Shown here in pieces: positions 28,772 through 39,100 of a stretch of DNA of 64,000 nucleotides; positions within the stretch are counted from its first letter, which is position 1, and every line of letters begins with the position of its first letter. The notes beneath the pieces were generated by a model. The model did not search any database. It was not told the origin of the DNA and was given only the letters and a program-made list of their open reading frames with translations. The DNA is from Flavobacteriales bacterium (GTDB taxonomy: Bacteria; Bacteroidota; Bacteroidia; UBA4408), in contig JBEIVB010000002.1 of assembly GCA_040374085.1 (NCBI GenBank), forward strand, positions 9,621-73,620, in the 5' to 3' direction. The position numbers were made by a program, and so were the translations under genes.

Positions 28772-29761
28772 ATGGAATACAGGAGGATGGGCAAAACCGG
28801 TTTGCAACTGAGCGAACTCTCATTTGGCAGTTGGGTTACGTTTGGCCACCAGATTGGTGATGACGTTGCAGAGACCTGCATGAAGCTGGCATACGATCAG
28901 GGTGTAAATTTTTTCGATAATGCGGAAGCATATGCCAGCGGAAAGTCTGAGGAGGTGATGGGGAAGATTTTAAAAAAGATGGGCTGGGACCGAAGCACCT
29001 ATGTTATTTCCACGAAAGTTTTCTGGGGCGGAAAGTTGCCGAACCAGATCGGACTCAGTCGAAAGCACATCTTGGAGGCCATAGATCGTTCGTTAAAGCG
29101 CCTTCAGCTCGATTATGTTGATCTTTTTTTCTGCCACAGACCCGACCGAAACACTCCCATAGAGGAGACGGTTAGGGCCATGGACCACCTGGTTCGTCAA
29201 GGCAAAATTCTGTATTGGGGCACATCGGAGTGGAGTGCACTCGAGATTATGGAGGCCCACTCCGTGGCGCGTTCAGAGCGGCTTACGCCTCCATCTATGG
29301 AACAGCCCCAATACAATTTGTTTCACCGGCAACGTGTTGAAGTTGAGTATCAGAGGCTGTACGAAGGTCCGGGTTTGGGCACCACCATCTGGAGTCCTCT
29401 TGCCTCAGGCTTGCTCTCTCCAAAATACCTGAGCGGGGTTGCCCCGGCAGATACCAGAACCGCCCTTCCCAATATGGCCTGGCTCAAAGAAAAGTTCGAA
29501 TCCGAGGAAGGCAAGAAAAATTTAGAGAAGGTCGTAAAGTTGAATCAAATGGCGCTTGACTTAGGTATTACTCTTCCCCAGTTGGCCATAGCCTGGTGCC
29601 TGCTCAATCAGCGGGTGAGCACAGTTATGCTGGGTGCATCCAAGGTGGAACAGCTTAAAGAAACCCTCCAAGCCGCCCAATCTTGCACCAAATTTACGCC
29701 CGACGTGGTGGAACAGATTGAACTCATCGTTCAAAACAAGCCCTTGGTTTCGCAGTTTTAA
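28772..29761 (+). CDS. Aldo/keto reductase (Kv-beta-like)
   Basis: ...LSFGSWVTFG...NFFDNAEAYASGKSEEVMGKIL... Confidence 0.85.
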   Translation: MEYRRMGKTGLQLSELSFGSWVTFGHQIGDDVAETCMKLAYDQGVNFFDNAEAYASGKSEEVMGKILKKMGWDRSTYVISTKVFWGGKLPNQIGLSRKHILEAIDRSLKRLQLDYVDLFFCHRPDRNTPIEETVRAMDHLVRQGKILYWGTSEWSALEIMEAHSVARSERLTPPSMEQPQYNLFHRQRVEVEYQRLYEGPGLGTTIWSPLASGLLSPKYLSGVAPADTRTALPNMAWLKEKFESEEGKKNLEKVVKLNQMALDLGITLPQLAIAWCLLNQRVSTVMLGASKVEQLKETLQAAQSCTKFTPDVVEQIELIVQNKPLVSQF

Positions 29762-29860
29762 CGTTCTGTCAAATTTTCACAGGTGTCGGTTGAAAAGTGC
29801 CCTTATCCCAGTAGAATTTCCTATTTTCGTCCGATTGACACTTACCCACGGTTGACCCTT

Positions 29861-30769
29861 ATGTTCAGGCGAGTATTCACCCTGCTTTTGCTTCTTCTTC
29901 CCGCTCTGGGCTTTGCTCAGCAGTGGAAGAAACAGCGCAAGGAAATTGTCGTGGGAATTGGGGCTTCTAATTTCCTCGGAGATTTGGGAGGAGCCGATCA
30001 AATCGGAACGTACTTCTACAACGACATCGAGTTATCTCAAACCAGCTTTCAAATCAACGCGGGTTACCGGTATCGATTTACGCCCAATCTTTCGGCTAAA
30101 GGTGGATTCTATTTTGGCCAGATTTCGGGTTCTGATCTTTTGACCAAAGAGCCCTCTCGAAACAACCGAAAACTTGAGTTCAAATCCAATATTTTCGAGG
30201 TGTCCGGTCAGTTTGAATACGCGCTCATCGAAGAACACATCAAAGGCCGTTACATCCGAGGCAAAACGCGTTTCCCGGTGAACATTTACCTGTTCGCCGG
30301 CTTAGGGTTTACGTATTTCAACCCGAAAAGCCGAATCAACTTCGAAGGACCATGGATTGCTCTCCAACCCCTAGGAACAGAGGGCCAAGGGTTACCGGGG
30401 CAAAAGTCAAGATACAGCCGTGTTACGGTTGTCATCCCGGTTGGAATCGGGTTCAAGTATCCCATTACCAATCAGTGGCACGTTGGGTTGGAATATTCCA
30501 TGCGGAAAACTTTTTCGGATTACATGGATGATGTTTCGGGTGACTATTTCGATCGCAACGCCATTGGGGCACAATATGGCCCTAATGCCCGATACTTTGC
30601 CGATCCTGCATCGTATTCATATCCCAATCTGCCAACCAACCCCAACGGATGGACAGCGCCGGGCCAGAAAAGAGGAAACTCCTCAAAAGACGATAGTTAT
30701 ATTTTTGTTTCGGCCACCGTCTCCTACAAGCTCATCCGCGGAACTACGCGTTCTCGTGTGAAATTCTAA
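29861..30769 (+). CDS. Outer-membrane beta-barrel protein (hypothetical)
   Basis: Signal peptide MFRRVFTLLLLLLPALGFAQ and amphipathic beta-strand pattern. The ORF-track start at 29783 is an extension. Confidence 0.6.
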   Translation: MFRRVFTLLLLLLPALGFAQQWKKQRKEIVVGIGASNFLGDLGGADQIGTYFYNDIELSQTSFQINAGYRYRFTPNLSAKGGFYFGQISGSDLLTKEPSRNNRKLEFKSNIFEVSGQFEYALIEEHIKGRYIRGKTRFPVNIYLFAGLGFTYFNPKSRINFEGPWIALQPLGTEGQGLPGQKSRYSRVTVVIPVGIGFKYPITNQWHVGLEYSMRKTFSDYMDDVSGDYFDRNAIGAQYGPNARYFADPASYSYPNLPTNPNGWTAPGQKRGNSSKDDSYIFVSATVSYKLIRGTTRSRVKF

Positions 30770-30770
30770 A

Positions 30771-31364
30771 TCAGGATTTATTCTGCTTATTTCTCCAGGT
30801 TTCGACCAGTTTTTCAACTTGTTTTATCATCGATTGCTTATCATCGTTGTAGATGATCCAAGTGCAAAGCGCCAGTTTTTTTTCTTCTGACCATTGGCTG
30901 TTGATCCGCTGTTGGATTTCGACATCGCTTGAGGAATCGCGCATTTTTAACCGCTCGATTCGAAGATCCAGAGGTGCGGAGATGCCTACCACGCCGGCGA
31001 GATCCCGATCTGTTCCGGATTCAAACAAAATGGCTGCTTCCCTCACCACAAAAGGGGCATTCTGTTGTTTTTTCCAATCTTCAAATGCCTGTGCAACTTG
31101 AGGGTGAATGAGGTGGTTGAGCCAAGCCCTTTCTTCCGGGTCTTGAAAAACTCGTTCGGCAATGAGCTTGCGGTTGGGTTGGCTTCCGGCAGGCCAAAAT
31201 GCTTCACCCCAACGCCCTGTTATCAAAGGTTTGTTTTTTTGGTTTTCCAAGCAGATGCGTGCATGACGATCTGCATTGAAAACGGGCACCCCCATGGTTT
31301 CCATGATTTTGGCAACGGTGGTTTTTCCGGTGCCAATACCGCCTGTGAGTCCATAAGATGTCAC
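30771..31364 (-). CDS. coaE: Dephospho-CoA kinase
   Basis: YGLTGGIGTGKTTVA P-loop and CoaE-family length. Confidence 0.85.
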   Translation of the reverse strand: MTSYGLTGGIGTGKTTVAKIMETMGVPVFNADRHARICLENQKNKPLITGRWGEAFWPAGSQPNRKLIAERVFQDPEERAWLNHLIHPQVAQAFEDWKKQQNAPFVVREAAILFESGTDRDLAGVVGISAPLDLRIERLKMRDSSSDVEIQQRINSQWSEEKKLALCTWIIYNDDKQSMIKQVEKLVETWRNKQNKS

Positions 31365-32365
31365 GGGTTATTTTTTTTAAGGATGTATTCCACCCGCGAA
31401 ATGCTCAGTCTTGGGTTTCGAACTTCAGGGGGCCAACGGGTGAGACGAATGGCCAGTCGGGCGTTTTCAGAAGCCGATTCAATAGAGGTTGCATTTGCCT
31501 CAATTTGAAACTGCAATGGGCTGAGTTTACGGTAGCTTTCCAACCCCACCAAAAAGGTAACCTTCACTTTATCAGGAAATGGTTTTAAGGAATAACCGGG
31601 GTTTAAATTCACCACACGGATGGGAACCAACATTTCGCCCTCGGTAAATTTCTCAACCGAAATGCTGTATCGTACCAACTTCACGGGAAGATCAATCTGA
31701 GGGCGATTTTTCGGCAGACGAACCCTTATTTGGCCGCCTCTAGAACGAGAAAGCTCGCCAAGATCCAAAGGTTCGGTTTCTATGCTGTCTGTTTGCTGAA
31801 GTACACCTGCGGGTCCTCTAATCAGCAGTTGATTGGGCACGAGTGAAAGAGGTGCATGCAGTTGATGCTGCCGAGCCAATCGATAGCGAATACTGGGCAC
31901 GACCCTAACCACCTTCGAGGCCTTGGGATCGAAGGATACAAAAACCTGTTCGGGAAAAACTTTTGTTGCCCTCACGGATAGTGGACTCAGCTGCTCGTTT
32001 AAGTTGGAAATCTGCTGATTCAAAGGCAGTAAGTACTCATCTTGCAACTTGTTGCCTGCCCTACGAAGGAGGGAAACATCTACTACTACACTTTTGGGAC
32101 GCTGGTTTACCTGAAGCCACCACAATGCAAACCCTGCTCCGGTTAACTCCAAACGTAAGCTGTCCGGCAACTGGTAACCCAGTACTTTGTCGTTTGGTAT
32201 GTTTACGTACAACGCGCGAACTTTCCGCGTTACCGTGTACTCACGGCTGAAAACAATGAGCAGCCAAAACAGCAATGAGGTAAACAAACAGTATATAAAA
32301 ATACTGATGCGGGGATTGAGTTTATAACCCCGCCAATACCTTCCACTGCCTGTTTGTGGCGACAT
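31361..32365 (-). CDS. YbbR-like (CdaR-family) domain protein
   Basis: N-terminal TM segment followed by repeated YbbR-like segments; 4-nt overlap with coaE. Confidence 0.65.
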   Translation of the reverse strand: MSPQTGSGRYWRGYKLNPRISIFIYCLFTSLLFWLLIVFSREYTVTRKVRALYVNIPNDKVLGYQLPDSLRLELTGAGFALWWLQVNQRPKSVVVDVSLLRRAGNKLQDEYLLPLNQQISNLNEQLSPLSVRATKVFPEQVFVSFDPKASKVVRVVPSIRYRLARQHQLHAPLSLVPNQLLIRGPAGVLQQTDSIETEPLDLGELSRSRGGQIRVRLPKNRPQIDLPVKLVRYSISVEKFTEGEMLVPIRVVNLNPGYSLKPFPDKVKVTFLVGLESYRKLSPLQFQIEANATSIESASENARLAIRLTRWPPEVRNPRLSISRVEYILKKNNP

Positions 32366-32374
32366 GGCGGTAGT

Positions 32375-32704
32375 TTATTTTGCGCCTTCCTGAGGCAGAC
32401 CAGCAGTATTGTCCATAGACACTGCCGATTTTTCGAAGCGAAGCTTCACGTTGTGATCAACCTCAACCACAAGGGTGGTATCGGCAACTTCGACAATTTT
32501 GCCGTGGATGCCACCAATGGTTACCACCTTGTCGCCTTTTTTCAGGTTTTCGCGAAACGCTTTTTGCTCTTTTGCTTTCTTCATTTGCGGGCGTATCATG
32601 AAGAAATAAAACACAACAACAATCAGCAATATGGGAAGAAGTCCAGACAAAGGACTGCTTCCATTGGCTGGGGCAGCAGCAAGAAAAATGAACAGGTTGA
32701 TCAT
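32375..32704 (-). CDS. yajC: Preprotein translocase subunit YajC
   Basis: ...LPILLIVVVFYFFMIRPQMKKAKEQKAF...LKKGDKVVTIGGIHGKIVEV... Confidence 0.85.
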   Translation of the reverse strand: MINLFIFLAAAPANGSSPLSGLLPILLIVVVFYFFMIRPQMKKAKEQKAFRENLKKGDKVVTIGGIHGKIVEVADTTLVVEVDHNVKLRFEKSAVSMDNTAGLPQEGAK

Positions 32705-32714
32705 AATGAAAAGG

Positions 32715-33164
32715 TTATTCGGTTGGTTTTACGTTTGCTTTGATGGTGAGTACTTTTGTTGCAGGTTCGCAGTTGGTTAGTACCGTAATGGATTTGTTTT
32801 GCATTCCACTTTTGCCTCTGCTGTTGAATACAACTTGAATGGAGCCGGTATCGCCCGGGGCAATGGGCTCGGTTGGGAAATTGGGTACAGTGCAGCCGCA
32901 ACTTCCTCGTGCATCGCCAATGATCAGATCCGATTTTCCGGTGTTGGTGAAGGCAAAGGAAAAGCGCACTTTGTCGCCGCTGTTGATGGTGCCGAAATCG
33001 TGAAGGGTATTTTGAAATTTCATGTCAGGCAAATCTCCTTTGGCCTTTCCGTTGGCACTGGCCGGGTTGTTGATGAGGTTCGGGTTCAGCAAACCGTCAC
33101 GTTTATCCCCGTTGCAGGATGCTAATGCAATCAGCACCAGCAAAGCAGAGAAAATGGTTTTCAT
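32715..33164 (-). CDS. DUF1573-domain lipoprotein
   Basis: Signal plus lipobox (LIALASC). ...FNFGTI...V.F.F.NTG..L.I....SCGCT... pattern typical of DUF1573. Confidence 0.7.
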   Translation of the reverse strand: MKTIFSALLVLIALASCNGDKRDGLLNPNLINNPASANGKAKGDLPDMKFQNTLHDFGTINSGDKVRFSFAFTNTGKSDLIIGDARGSCGCTVPNFPTEPIAPGDTGSIQVVFNSRGKSGMQNKSITVLTNCEPATKVLTIKANVKPTE

Positions 33165-33190
33165 GATGGTTGATCTGGGGTTGATGATTT

Positions 33191-34135
33191 TTATTCGATG
33201 AGTCCTCGGCCTACTTTTCGAATGCGGTTCTCTGCTTTCAAGTCGGCAACCAGCTTGTCTAAGATGCCGTTGATGAAGAGTTTGCTTTTCGGCGTGGAGT
33301 ACTGTTTTGAAATTTCAATGTATTCATTCAAGCTCACTTTGAGCGGGATCTCAGAGAACCAAAGCATTTCAGCAAGGGCCATTTTCATTATGATGATGTC
33401 CATCAGGGCAATGCGATCTACCTCCCAATTTTCGGTTTTGGCACCAATGCGGGTCGCGTATTCTTCCGAGTTTAGGATGGTTTTTCGAAAGAGATCGGTT
33501 ATGAATTTGCGATCGTCAAGCTCATCTTTGAAAAGTGGTTGCAAGGCAACGTCGGCGTTTTGCCCGGGTTTTATAGCTTCTATGGTTTTAACCACAGCAT
33601 GGGTAACCATCTCGTAGTCGTCGTGCCAGTATATGTTGCGCTCCTCAAATTGCGAAACAAGATATTCATTGGATGCAATGTGTTCTAGGAAGAGCTGGTT
33701 GATGATGTTTCGATCTGCTTCAAATCCACCATCTTCTTTAAGGTAAGCCGTGTAGACTGGGTCGGCCTGGAGACTGCGCACCATCTTTTTTATCAACTCT
33801 TGTTCTCCTCTCCAACTCAAATGGCGATTGTTGGCAAATGAGGCCAGGGGTTTGTGTTGAGTTAGGTGCTGCGCAATGGGGTTTTGTGCCAACTTTTTGT
33901 TGGGCTTTAGATCTTCTGCGGTGGGCAGATGCTTGGTCTTGTGGACTTCCTGCTCTTGATCTAGAAAAGCAACTGCCTCTGGAATCAACAGGAGCAGCAG
34001 GATGTACAGGTCGTATACTTTTTCAATGCTGGTGTTCAGCTCCTGCTCACCTTTTTGAAGACTATCGTTGCCGCTTTGAAAAAAGGCATACAATGTTTGT
34101 AGAACCTTAATGCGGAGGTGACGTCGGTTTAGCAT
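33191..34135 (-). CDS. nusB: Transcription antitermination factor NusB (long Bacteroidetes form)
   Basis: N-terminal RRHLRIKVLQTLYA... and C-terminal NusB fold ...ENWEVDRIALMDIIIMKMALAEML... Confidence 0.8.
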   Translation of the reverse strand: MLNRRHLRIKVLQTLYAFFQSGNDSLQKGEQELNTSIEKVYDLYILLLLLIPEAVAFLDQEQEVHKTKHLPTAEDLKPNKKLAQNPIAQHLTQHKPLASFANNRHLSWRGEQELIKKMVRSLQADPVYTAYLKEDGGFEADRNIINQLFLEHIASNEYLVSQFEERNIYWHDDYEMVTHAVVKTIEAIKPGQNADVALQPLFKDELDDRKFITDLFRKTILNSEEYATRIGAKTENWEVDRIALMDIIIMKMALAEMLWFSEIPLKVSLNEYIEISKQYSTPKSKLFINGILDKLVADLKAENRIRKVGRGLIE

Positions 34136-34184
34136 GTAAAGAAACTGCCCAGTATGGGTTGCACTCGGGTTAAGGAGCGGCGGG

Positions 34185-35288
34185 TTAGAAACTCAGCTTA
34201 ATGGAACCCATTTGCTGTATGCGCTTTTCGGCTATGGCTTTTGCAGCAGCAATGGTTGGAATGTTTTCGACTTTTGAACGCTTCAGGATGTCGAGGGTGG
34301 TGTCGTAAATTTTGGATGCCTGTCCAAGAGCCCGCTCGCGGTTGTAGCCCTCCATCTCGGAATACACATTGATCAGGCCACCTGCATTGATGAGGAAGTC
34401 CGGAGCCCAAATGATGCCTTTTTCCACCACCATGTTGCCATGCAGCATTTCATCCTCGAGCTGGTTGTTGGCTGCCCCGGCAATGATGGCGCAGGTTAGC
34501 CGGTTTAGGGTATTGGAGTTTACCGTTGCTCCCAGCGCGCAGGGGGCGTAAACATCGAGGGGAAGATCGTATGCCGCATCGCCCTTTACTACTTCAACAT
34601 TGTATTGGTTAGACACCTCTTTTAGGCGTTCATCGTTGATGTCGTTGATGTAAACTTTAGCGCCTTCCTGCACCAGGTGCTTCACCAGATGCTCACCAAC
34701 ATGTCCTACACCTTGCACCAGTACGCGTTTTCCGGAGAGGCTGTCGCTGCCATAGGCTTCTTTCGCGCTGGCTTTCATGCCCATAAAAACACCGAAAGCT
34801 GTAACTGGAGAGGGGTCTCCACCGCCGCCATACGATTCTGGCAATCCGGTTACATGGCGGGTTTCCATGCGCACAAATTCCATGTCCTTGGTACCAATTC
34901 CTACATCTTCAGCTGTAATGTATTTGCCCCCGAGGCTGTTTACGAACTTCCCGAAGCGGCGCATAAGGGCTTCGTTTTTGTGCTTCCGGGAATCGCCTAT
35001 AATTACAGCCTTGCCGCCGCCTAGATTCAAACCCGAAATGGCTGCCTTGTAGGTCATGCCGCGAGACAGGCGCAGCACATCATGCAGGGCTTCTGCCTCG
35101 GTGCTGTACATCCACATGCGCGTACCACCCAAAGCCGGGCCCAGCACGGTGTTGTGAACGGCAATAATGGCTCTTAAACCCGTTTCATTGTCGTTGCAAA
35201 AAACCACTTGTTCGTGGTTAAAAACCGACATTTGTTCATGGACGCTGAGCGTTAGCTGACCGGCAGCAGGAGTGGCAACGGTTGACAT
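34185..35288 (-). CDS. Glu/Leu/Phe/Val-family amino-acid dehydrogenase (leucine dehydrogenase-like)
   Basis: ...GLRAIIAVHNTVLGPALGGTRMWMY... and NAD-binding GVGHVGEH. The start may instead be the internal Met at MSVFNHEQ. Confidence 0.85.
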   Translation of the reverse strand: MSTVATPAAGQLTLSVHEQMSVFNHEQVVFCNDNETGLRAIIAVHNTVLGPALGGTRMWMYSTEAEALHDVLRLSRGMTYKAAISGLNLGGGKAVIIGDSRKHKNEALMRRFGKFVNSLGGKYITAEDVGIGTKDMEFVRMETRHVTGLPESYGGGGDPSPVTAFGVFMGMKASAKEAYGSDSLSGKRVLVQGVGHVGEHLVKHLVQEGAKVYINDINDERLKEVSNQYNVEVVKGDAAYDLPLDVYAPCALGATVNSNTLNRLTCAIIAGAANNQLEDEMLHGNMVVEKGIIWAPDFLINAGGLINVYSEMEGYNRERALGQASKIYDTTLDILKRSKVENIPTIAAAKAIAEKRIQQMGSIKLSF

Positions 35289-35408
35289 GCGGGAAATACA
35301 GTTGGGATGGGCCTAAGCCGCGACAAAAGTAGGGTATTTTCCTAAAGAGCCAAATGTGGCTGAATCCCGCACAGGTTGCGCATTTTGCGTATTTTTGTGG
35401 ACGGATTC

Positions 35409-37196
35409 ATGCACGCTCTGCTCGTTCTTCGCTCTTACTTTTGGCAACAGCGCCTGAGGCTTCTTCTGGGCTTGGTGTTTGTGGTGCTATCCAACCTCTT
35501 CACGATATACCCTGCTGTACTTACCCGAATGGCCCTGGATAAGGTCCTTTCCAAAGCTCCGTTCTCGGTAGACCTTGGATGGGGCATACCGGTATTGCAT
35601 TTCGATCGGGTAAGTTCCATGGCGTTGTTTTTTTTGCTGTGCTTGGTTACCATCACCTTGGTGCGGGGCATCTGGATGTTTCTCATGAGGCAAACGCTGA
35701 TCGTGATGTCTCGTGAAATTGAATTTGCCATGAAACGCGATGTGTATGCCCATTTGCAAACCCTCGACATGAGCTATTATCGCCGCAGTCGCCTGGGCGA
35801 CCTTATGGCACGAATGGCCGAGGACATTGCTCAGGTGCGCATGTTTACCGGCCCCGCCGTTATGTACACCATGAATTTGTTGGTGCTTTTTGGATTTGTG
35901 TTGGTTTCCATGTTGCGTGTAAACGTTTGGCTTACTGCATTGGTTTTGGTTCCGCTTCCCTTTTTAAGCTGGGGCGTTTTTCGCATAAGTTCTGTGGTGT
36001 ACACCAAGAGTCAGTCCCTGCAAAGGGCCCTCAGTAACCTTTCCTCAACGGCTCAGGAAGCCTATGCAGGCATTCGCGTGGTTCAGGGTTTTGGCAGGGA
36101 GGGGTTGGTTGCCGGGCGATTTCAGGACGGAACCGATCGGTATTTCCGTCAGGCCCTGGCATTGGGAAAAACCGATGCCTTGTTTCAACCCACCGTTACA
36201 TTTTTGATTGGGTTGAGTACGGTTTTCACCATTTGGTTGGGGGGCATTCTGGCTTACAAAGGTTTGGTTTCGGTGGGCAACATCGCGGAGTTTGTGTTGT
36301 ATGTGAACATGCTCATTTGGCCTTTTACCTCCGTGGGTTGGGTTTCTTCATTGGTTCAAAAGGCCGCTGCATCTCAAGCCCGCATACAGGAGCTGATGGA
36401 AGCCAAGTCGGGTTTGCAAACGGGAAAGCACGAATTACAACTTAATGCGGATGATCCCTTGGTAACGGCAAAAGAAGTTTCGCTGTATTACCCCGATTCG
36501 AATGTATGGGCGTTGAAAGCCATTTCGTTCGAATGGAAGCAGGGGGAGATTTTAGGGGTAACGGGACCAACCGGCAGTGGTAAGTCTTCTCTGATGGCTT
36601 TGCTTTGCGGTTGGCTCGATGCCACGGAGGGTACGATTGCAGTGGGGCAGCAGGTGCTCCGCACAATAGAACGGCCGAGCTTTACGCAAATGCTGGCCAT
36701 TGCCCCACAGGAGGTTTTCCTTTTTTCTGATACCCTCGAGGCCAATGTAAGGTTCGGAAGGCCCGATGCCTCTGCCCATGATCTGGCAGCGGCTTGCGGT
36801 GCAGCAGGGTTAAACGCGGTAATTAATGAGCTGCCAAATGGATTGCAAACCCTCATCGGTGAAAGAGGACTCACACTCTCCGGTGGACAAAAACAGAGGC
36901 TTGCACTCGCTCGTGCTCTGTTGGCCCAGCGGCCGGTACTTCTGCTCGACGATGGACTTTCTGCCCTTGATACCGATACGGAGGAACAGGTGCTGAGCAA
37001 CTTGCGTGCTTTCTTAAAAGGCCGCACGGCACTCATCATCTCCCATAGAATGGCCACACTCCACTTGTGCGACCGGGTGCTCGTGCTGGAAGGGGGAAGG
37101 TTAACGGAGCAAGGAAAGCCAAGCGAGCTTTCAAAAAGCCATGGATATTTTGCTGCTCTGCACCGGCAGCAGATGGAGTCTCGTGTGAAAGATTGA
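35409..37196 (+). CDS. ABC exporter, fused permease and ATPase (MsbA-like)
   Basis: Six-TM domain followed by Walker A GPTGSGKSS, signature LSGGQKQRLALARAL and Walker B LLLDD. Confidence 0.85.
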   Translation: MHALLVLRSYFWQQRLRLLLGLVFVVLSNLFTIYPAVLTRMALDKVLSKAPFSVDLGWGIPVLHFDRVSSMALFFLLCLVTITLVRGIWMFLMRQTLIVMSREIEFAMKRDVYAHLQTLDMSYYRRSRLGDLMARMAEDIAQVRMFTGPAVMYTMNLLVLFGFVLVSMLRVNVWLTALVLVPLPFLSWGVFRISSVVYTKSQSLQRALSNLSSTAQEAYAGIRVVQGFGREGLVAGRFQDGTDRYFRQALALGKTDALFQPTVTFLIGLSTVFTIWLGGILAYKGLVSVGNIAEFVLYVNMLIWPFTSVGWVSSLVQKAAASQARIQELMEAKSGLQTGKHELQLNADDPLVTAKEVSLYYPDSNVWALKAISFEWKQGEILGVTGPTGSGKSSLMALLCGWLDATEGTIAVGQQVLRTIERPSFTQMLAIAPQEVFLFSDTLEANVRFGRPDASAHDLAAACGAAGLNAVINELPNGLQTLIGERGLTLSGGQKQRLALARALLAQRPVLLLDDGLSALDTDTEEQVLSNLRAFLKGRTALIISHRMATLHLCDRVLVLEGGRLTEQGKPSELSKSHGYFAALHRQQMESRVKD

Positions 37197-37309
37197 GCGC
37201 AGAATTTGCAGGTATGTTAAGTTTCAGAAATCTCATTCGGGCCTGTCTGTTTTTTCGAAAAGAATGTTGTTAGATTTGTGGTCTAACCCCAACAATCCCG
37301 ACTGGCCGT

Positions 37310-37651
37310 ATGGACGGAATAGAAAAGGAAAAAGATGAGATTTTCGGAAGAGCCGTCCGCGCCGGCCGAAGGACTTATTTTTTTGATGTGAAATCCACAA
37401 AAGGTGGCGATTACTACATCACCGTAACCGAAAGCAAAAAGCGCTTTGTTGAAGACGGCAAGTTCGTTTATGACAAACACAAAATCTTTTTGTACAAAGA
37501 GGATTTCGATAAATTCTTGCTGACCCTCAACGAGGCGGTAGATTTTGTGAAGGCTGAGCAGCCTTTCGACCCAGACAGCTTTCGAAAGGATCAGGGGGAG
37601 AATGGAGCTCCCGGTTTTTCGGATGTGAACTTTGAGGATCTCGACCGTTAA
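37310..37651 (+). CDS. DUF3276 (PUR-alpha-like nucleic-acid-binding) protein
   Basis: ...RTYFFDVKSTKGGDYYITVTESKKRF... conserved Bacteroidetes family. The antisense ORF at 37283..37795 is rejected. Confidence 0.75.
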   Translation: MDGIEKEKDEIFGRAVRAGRRTYFFDVKSTKGGDYYITVTESKKRFVEDGKFVYDKHKIFLYKEDFDKFLLTLNEAVDFVKAEQPFDPDSFRKDQGENGAPGFSDVNFEDLDR

Positions 37652-38297
37652 TCGGAGGTTCCTGCGAAAGGCTACAAGCACAGTCCTGTTACTAGCCTTT
37701 AACCTTGCCTTTATTCCTAAAGCCTTGGGTGGAATGCCCGATAGAAGGCTCGACTTTTCCATTGGAGGTGGCATGAGCTTTTCGCTGTTGCCCACTATTG
37801 CCAGCTATAACGCCACAACATCACAGGCCAGCCGTGGCGGTTTTCAGGGCCAACGCGGCACTCAAGCTGTTTTCCAGACCCTTCCGCAGCCGCTGTTTTT
37901 CGCCGAATATAGGGCAACCCGGCTTTTGTCATTTGATCTTGTGTATTCCCAAATGCGTATAAACCGCGCCAATTATGACCTTCAGCGCGGTGTAATGGAT
38001 TTTAAGGGGCAATATGTGGCGCATTACCCTGGTGTGCGCATGCTCGTTCATTTGCGTCCCTACGCGGCCATCGATCCATACGTGTATGGTAGAGTTGGAT
38101 ATCAGATCCACCAAAATCCTGATTTGATTTCTGAAGTGGGGAGAAGGAATGCCCTCTCAATCAGCCTAAGCAACACGGTCCACGTTCAGGTGGGAGCCGG
38201 TTGCCGTTTCTTTTGGCGCTCCTCGTGGGCAATATTTACTGAACTTGGTATAGGTCGACCAAATTATTTCAGCTTGGGTATTTATTATAAGCTATGA
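37632..38297 (+). CDS. Outer-membrane beta-barrel protein (hypothetical), paralog 1
   Basis: Signal peptide and beta-strand pattern; overlaps the DUF3276 gene by 20 nt. Confidence 0.55.
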   Translation: MRISTVNRRFLRKATSTVLLLAFNLAFIPKALGGMPDRRLDFSIGGGMSFSLLPTIASYNATTSQASRGGFQGQRGTQAVFQTLPQPLFFAEYRATRLLSFDLVYSQMRINRANYDLQRGVMDFKGQYVAHYPGVRMLVHLRPYAAIDPYVYGRVGYQIHQNPDLISEVGRRNALSISLSNTVHVQVGAGCRFFWRSSWAIFTELGIGRPNYFSLGIYYKL

Positions 38298-38953
38298 TAA
38301 GCCGGTTGTATATTTTCTTTTTTCTGTTTGTTTTTTCTTCTGCTCATGCCCAGGTAGCGGGGAATAAGCCAGCGTTAAAGCCATTTCCGAGTGAAACCGT
38401 TGTTTCGGCCGGCGCAGGATTCAGTCTGTACAATGTTGCTGCACGTTTTCAAAACGCTGCTCCAATGAGGGGGCGCTTTTCTTCCGGCGGTGTTTATGGT
38501 GGAATCATAGAAACATTTTTACGCCCCTATTTGAGCGTGGCCATAGGTTACCATCAGCAGACCTTCACCTTTACCAATCAAGGAAATGGCTACCTCCAGA
38601 TAACCCGTATGAACGCAGGTCCAAGAATAAACTTTAGATTATATAAACGTTCTCGTTTCGACTTTCTTTTGGGCGCCAGGGTAGGGTTTACCTTCTATTC
38701 TTATACGGGGGCAAATGTTACGCTCGGGACAGGATTTCAGGAATACATGCGTTTTCAAGAAACCCTCAACCTGCAAGTGCTGAGCGCCATGCGCATCTAT
38801 CTTACACGTTCCGTAGGGATTGTGCTGGAGAGCGGTATTGGGGTGCCTTACTTTTTGAACGGCGGCATTTGCTACCGATTCGGTTCTTCAGAAGGAGAAA
38901 CCAACGCGCCGAAAGCCCCCGACTTGCGCAACCGGGGTCCGTTCCTGCAATAG
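38294..38953 (+). CDS. Outer-membrane beta-barrel protein (hypothetical), paralog 2
   Basis: Signal peptide MISRLYIFFFLFVFSSAHAQ; ATGA overlap with paralog 1. Confidence 0.6.
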   Translation: MISRLYIFFFLFVFSSAHAQVAGNKPALKPFPSETVVSAGAGFSLYNVAARFQNAAPMRGRFSSGGVYGGIIETFLRPYLSVAIGYHQQTFTFTNQGNGYLQITRMNAGPRINFRLYKRSRFDFLLGARVGFTFYSYTGANVTLGTGFQEYMRFQETLNLQVLSAMRIYLTRSVGIVLESGIGVPYFLNGGICYRFGSSEGETNAPKAPDLRNRGPFLQ

Positions 38954-39100
38954 CTTTTGAGTAATGTTCGGCATCCGACTTGTAGTGTAGGCTTGCTTCT
39001 TGTCTTTTCGACACTTTGAAGGTTGATTTCCTTTGCCAGCGCTGAGAAAAGAGCCTGGAAAAATTTACCTTTGCGCCACCAAAACAAACCCCCAAATCGC

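Noticed and set aside
36488-37057. 189-aa minus-strand ORF within the ABC exporter gene
   Set aside because: It is antisense to the Walker A, signature and Walker B region of the ABC ATPase, so it is a shadow ORF.
37283-37795. 170-aa minus-strand ORF overlapping the DUF3276 gene
   Set aside because: It is fully antisense to a conserved, well-formed DUF3276 coding sequence. The composition is low-complexity and no motifs are present, so it is a spurious shadow ORF.
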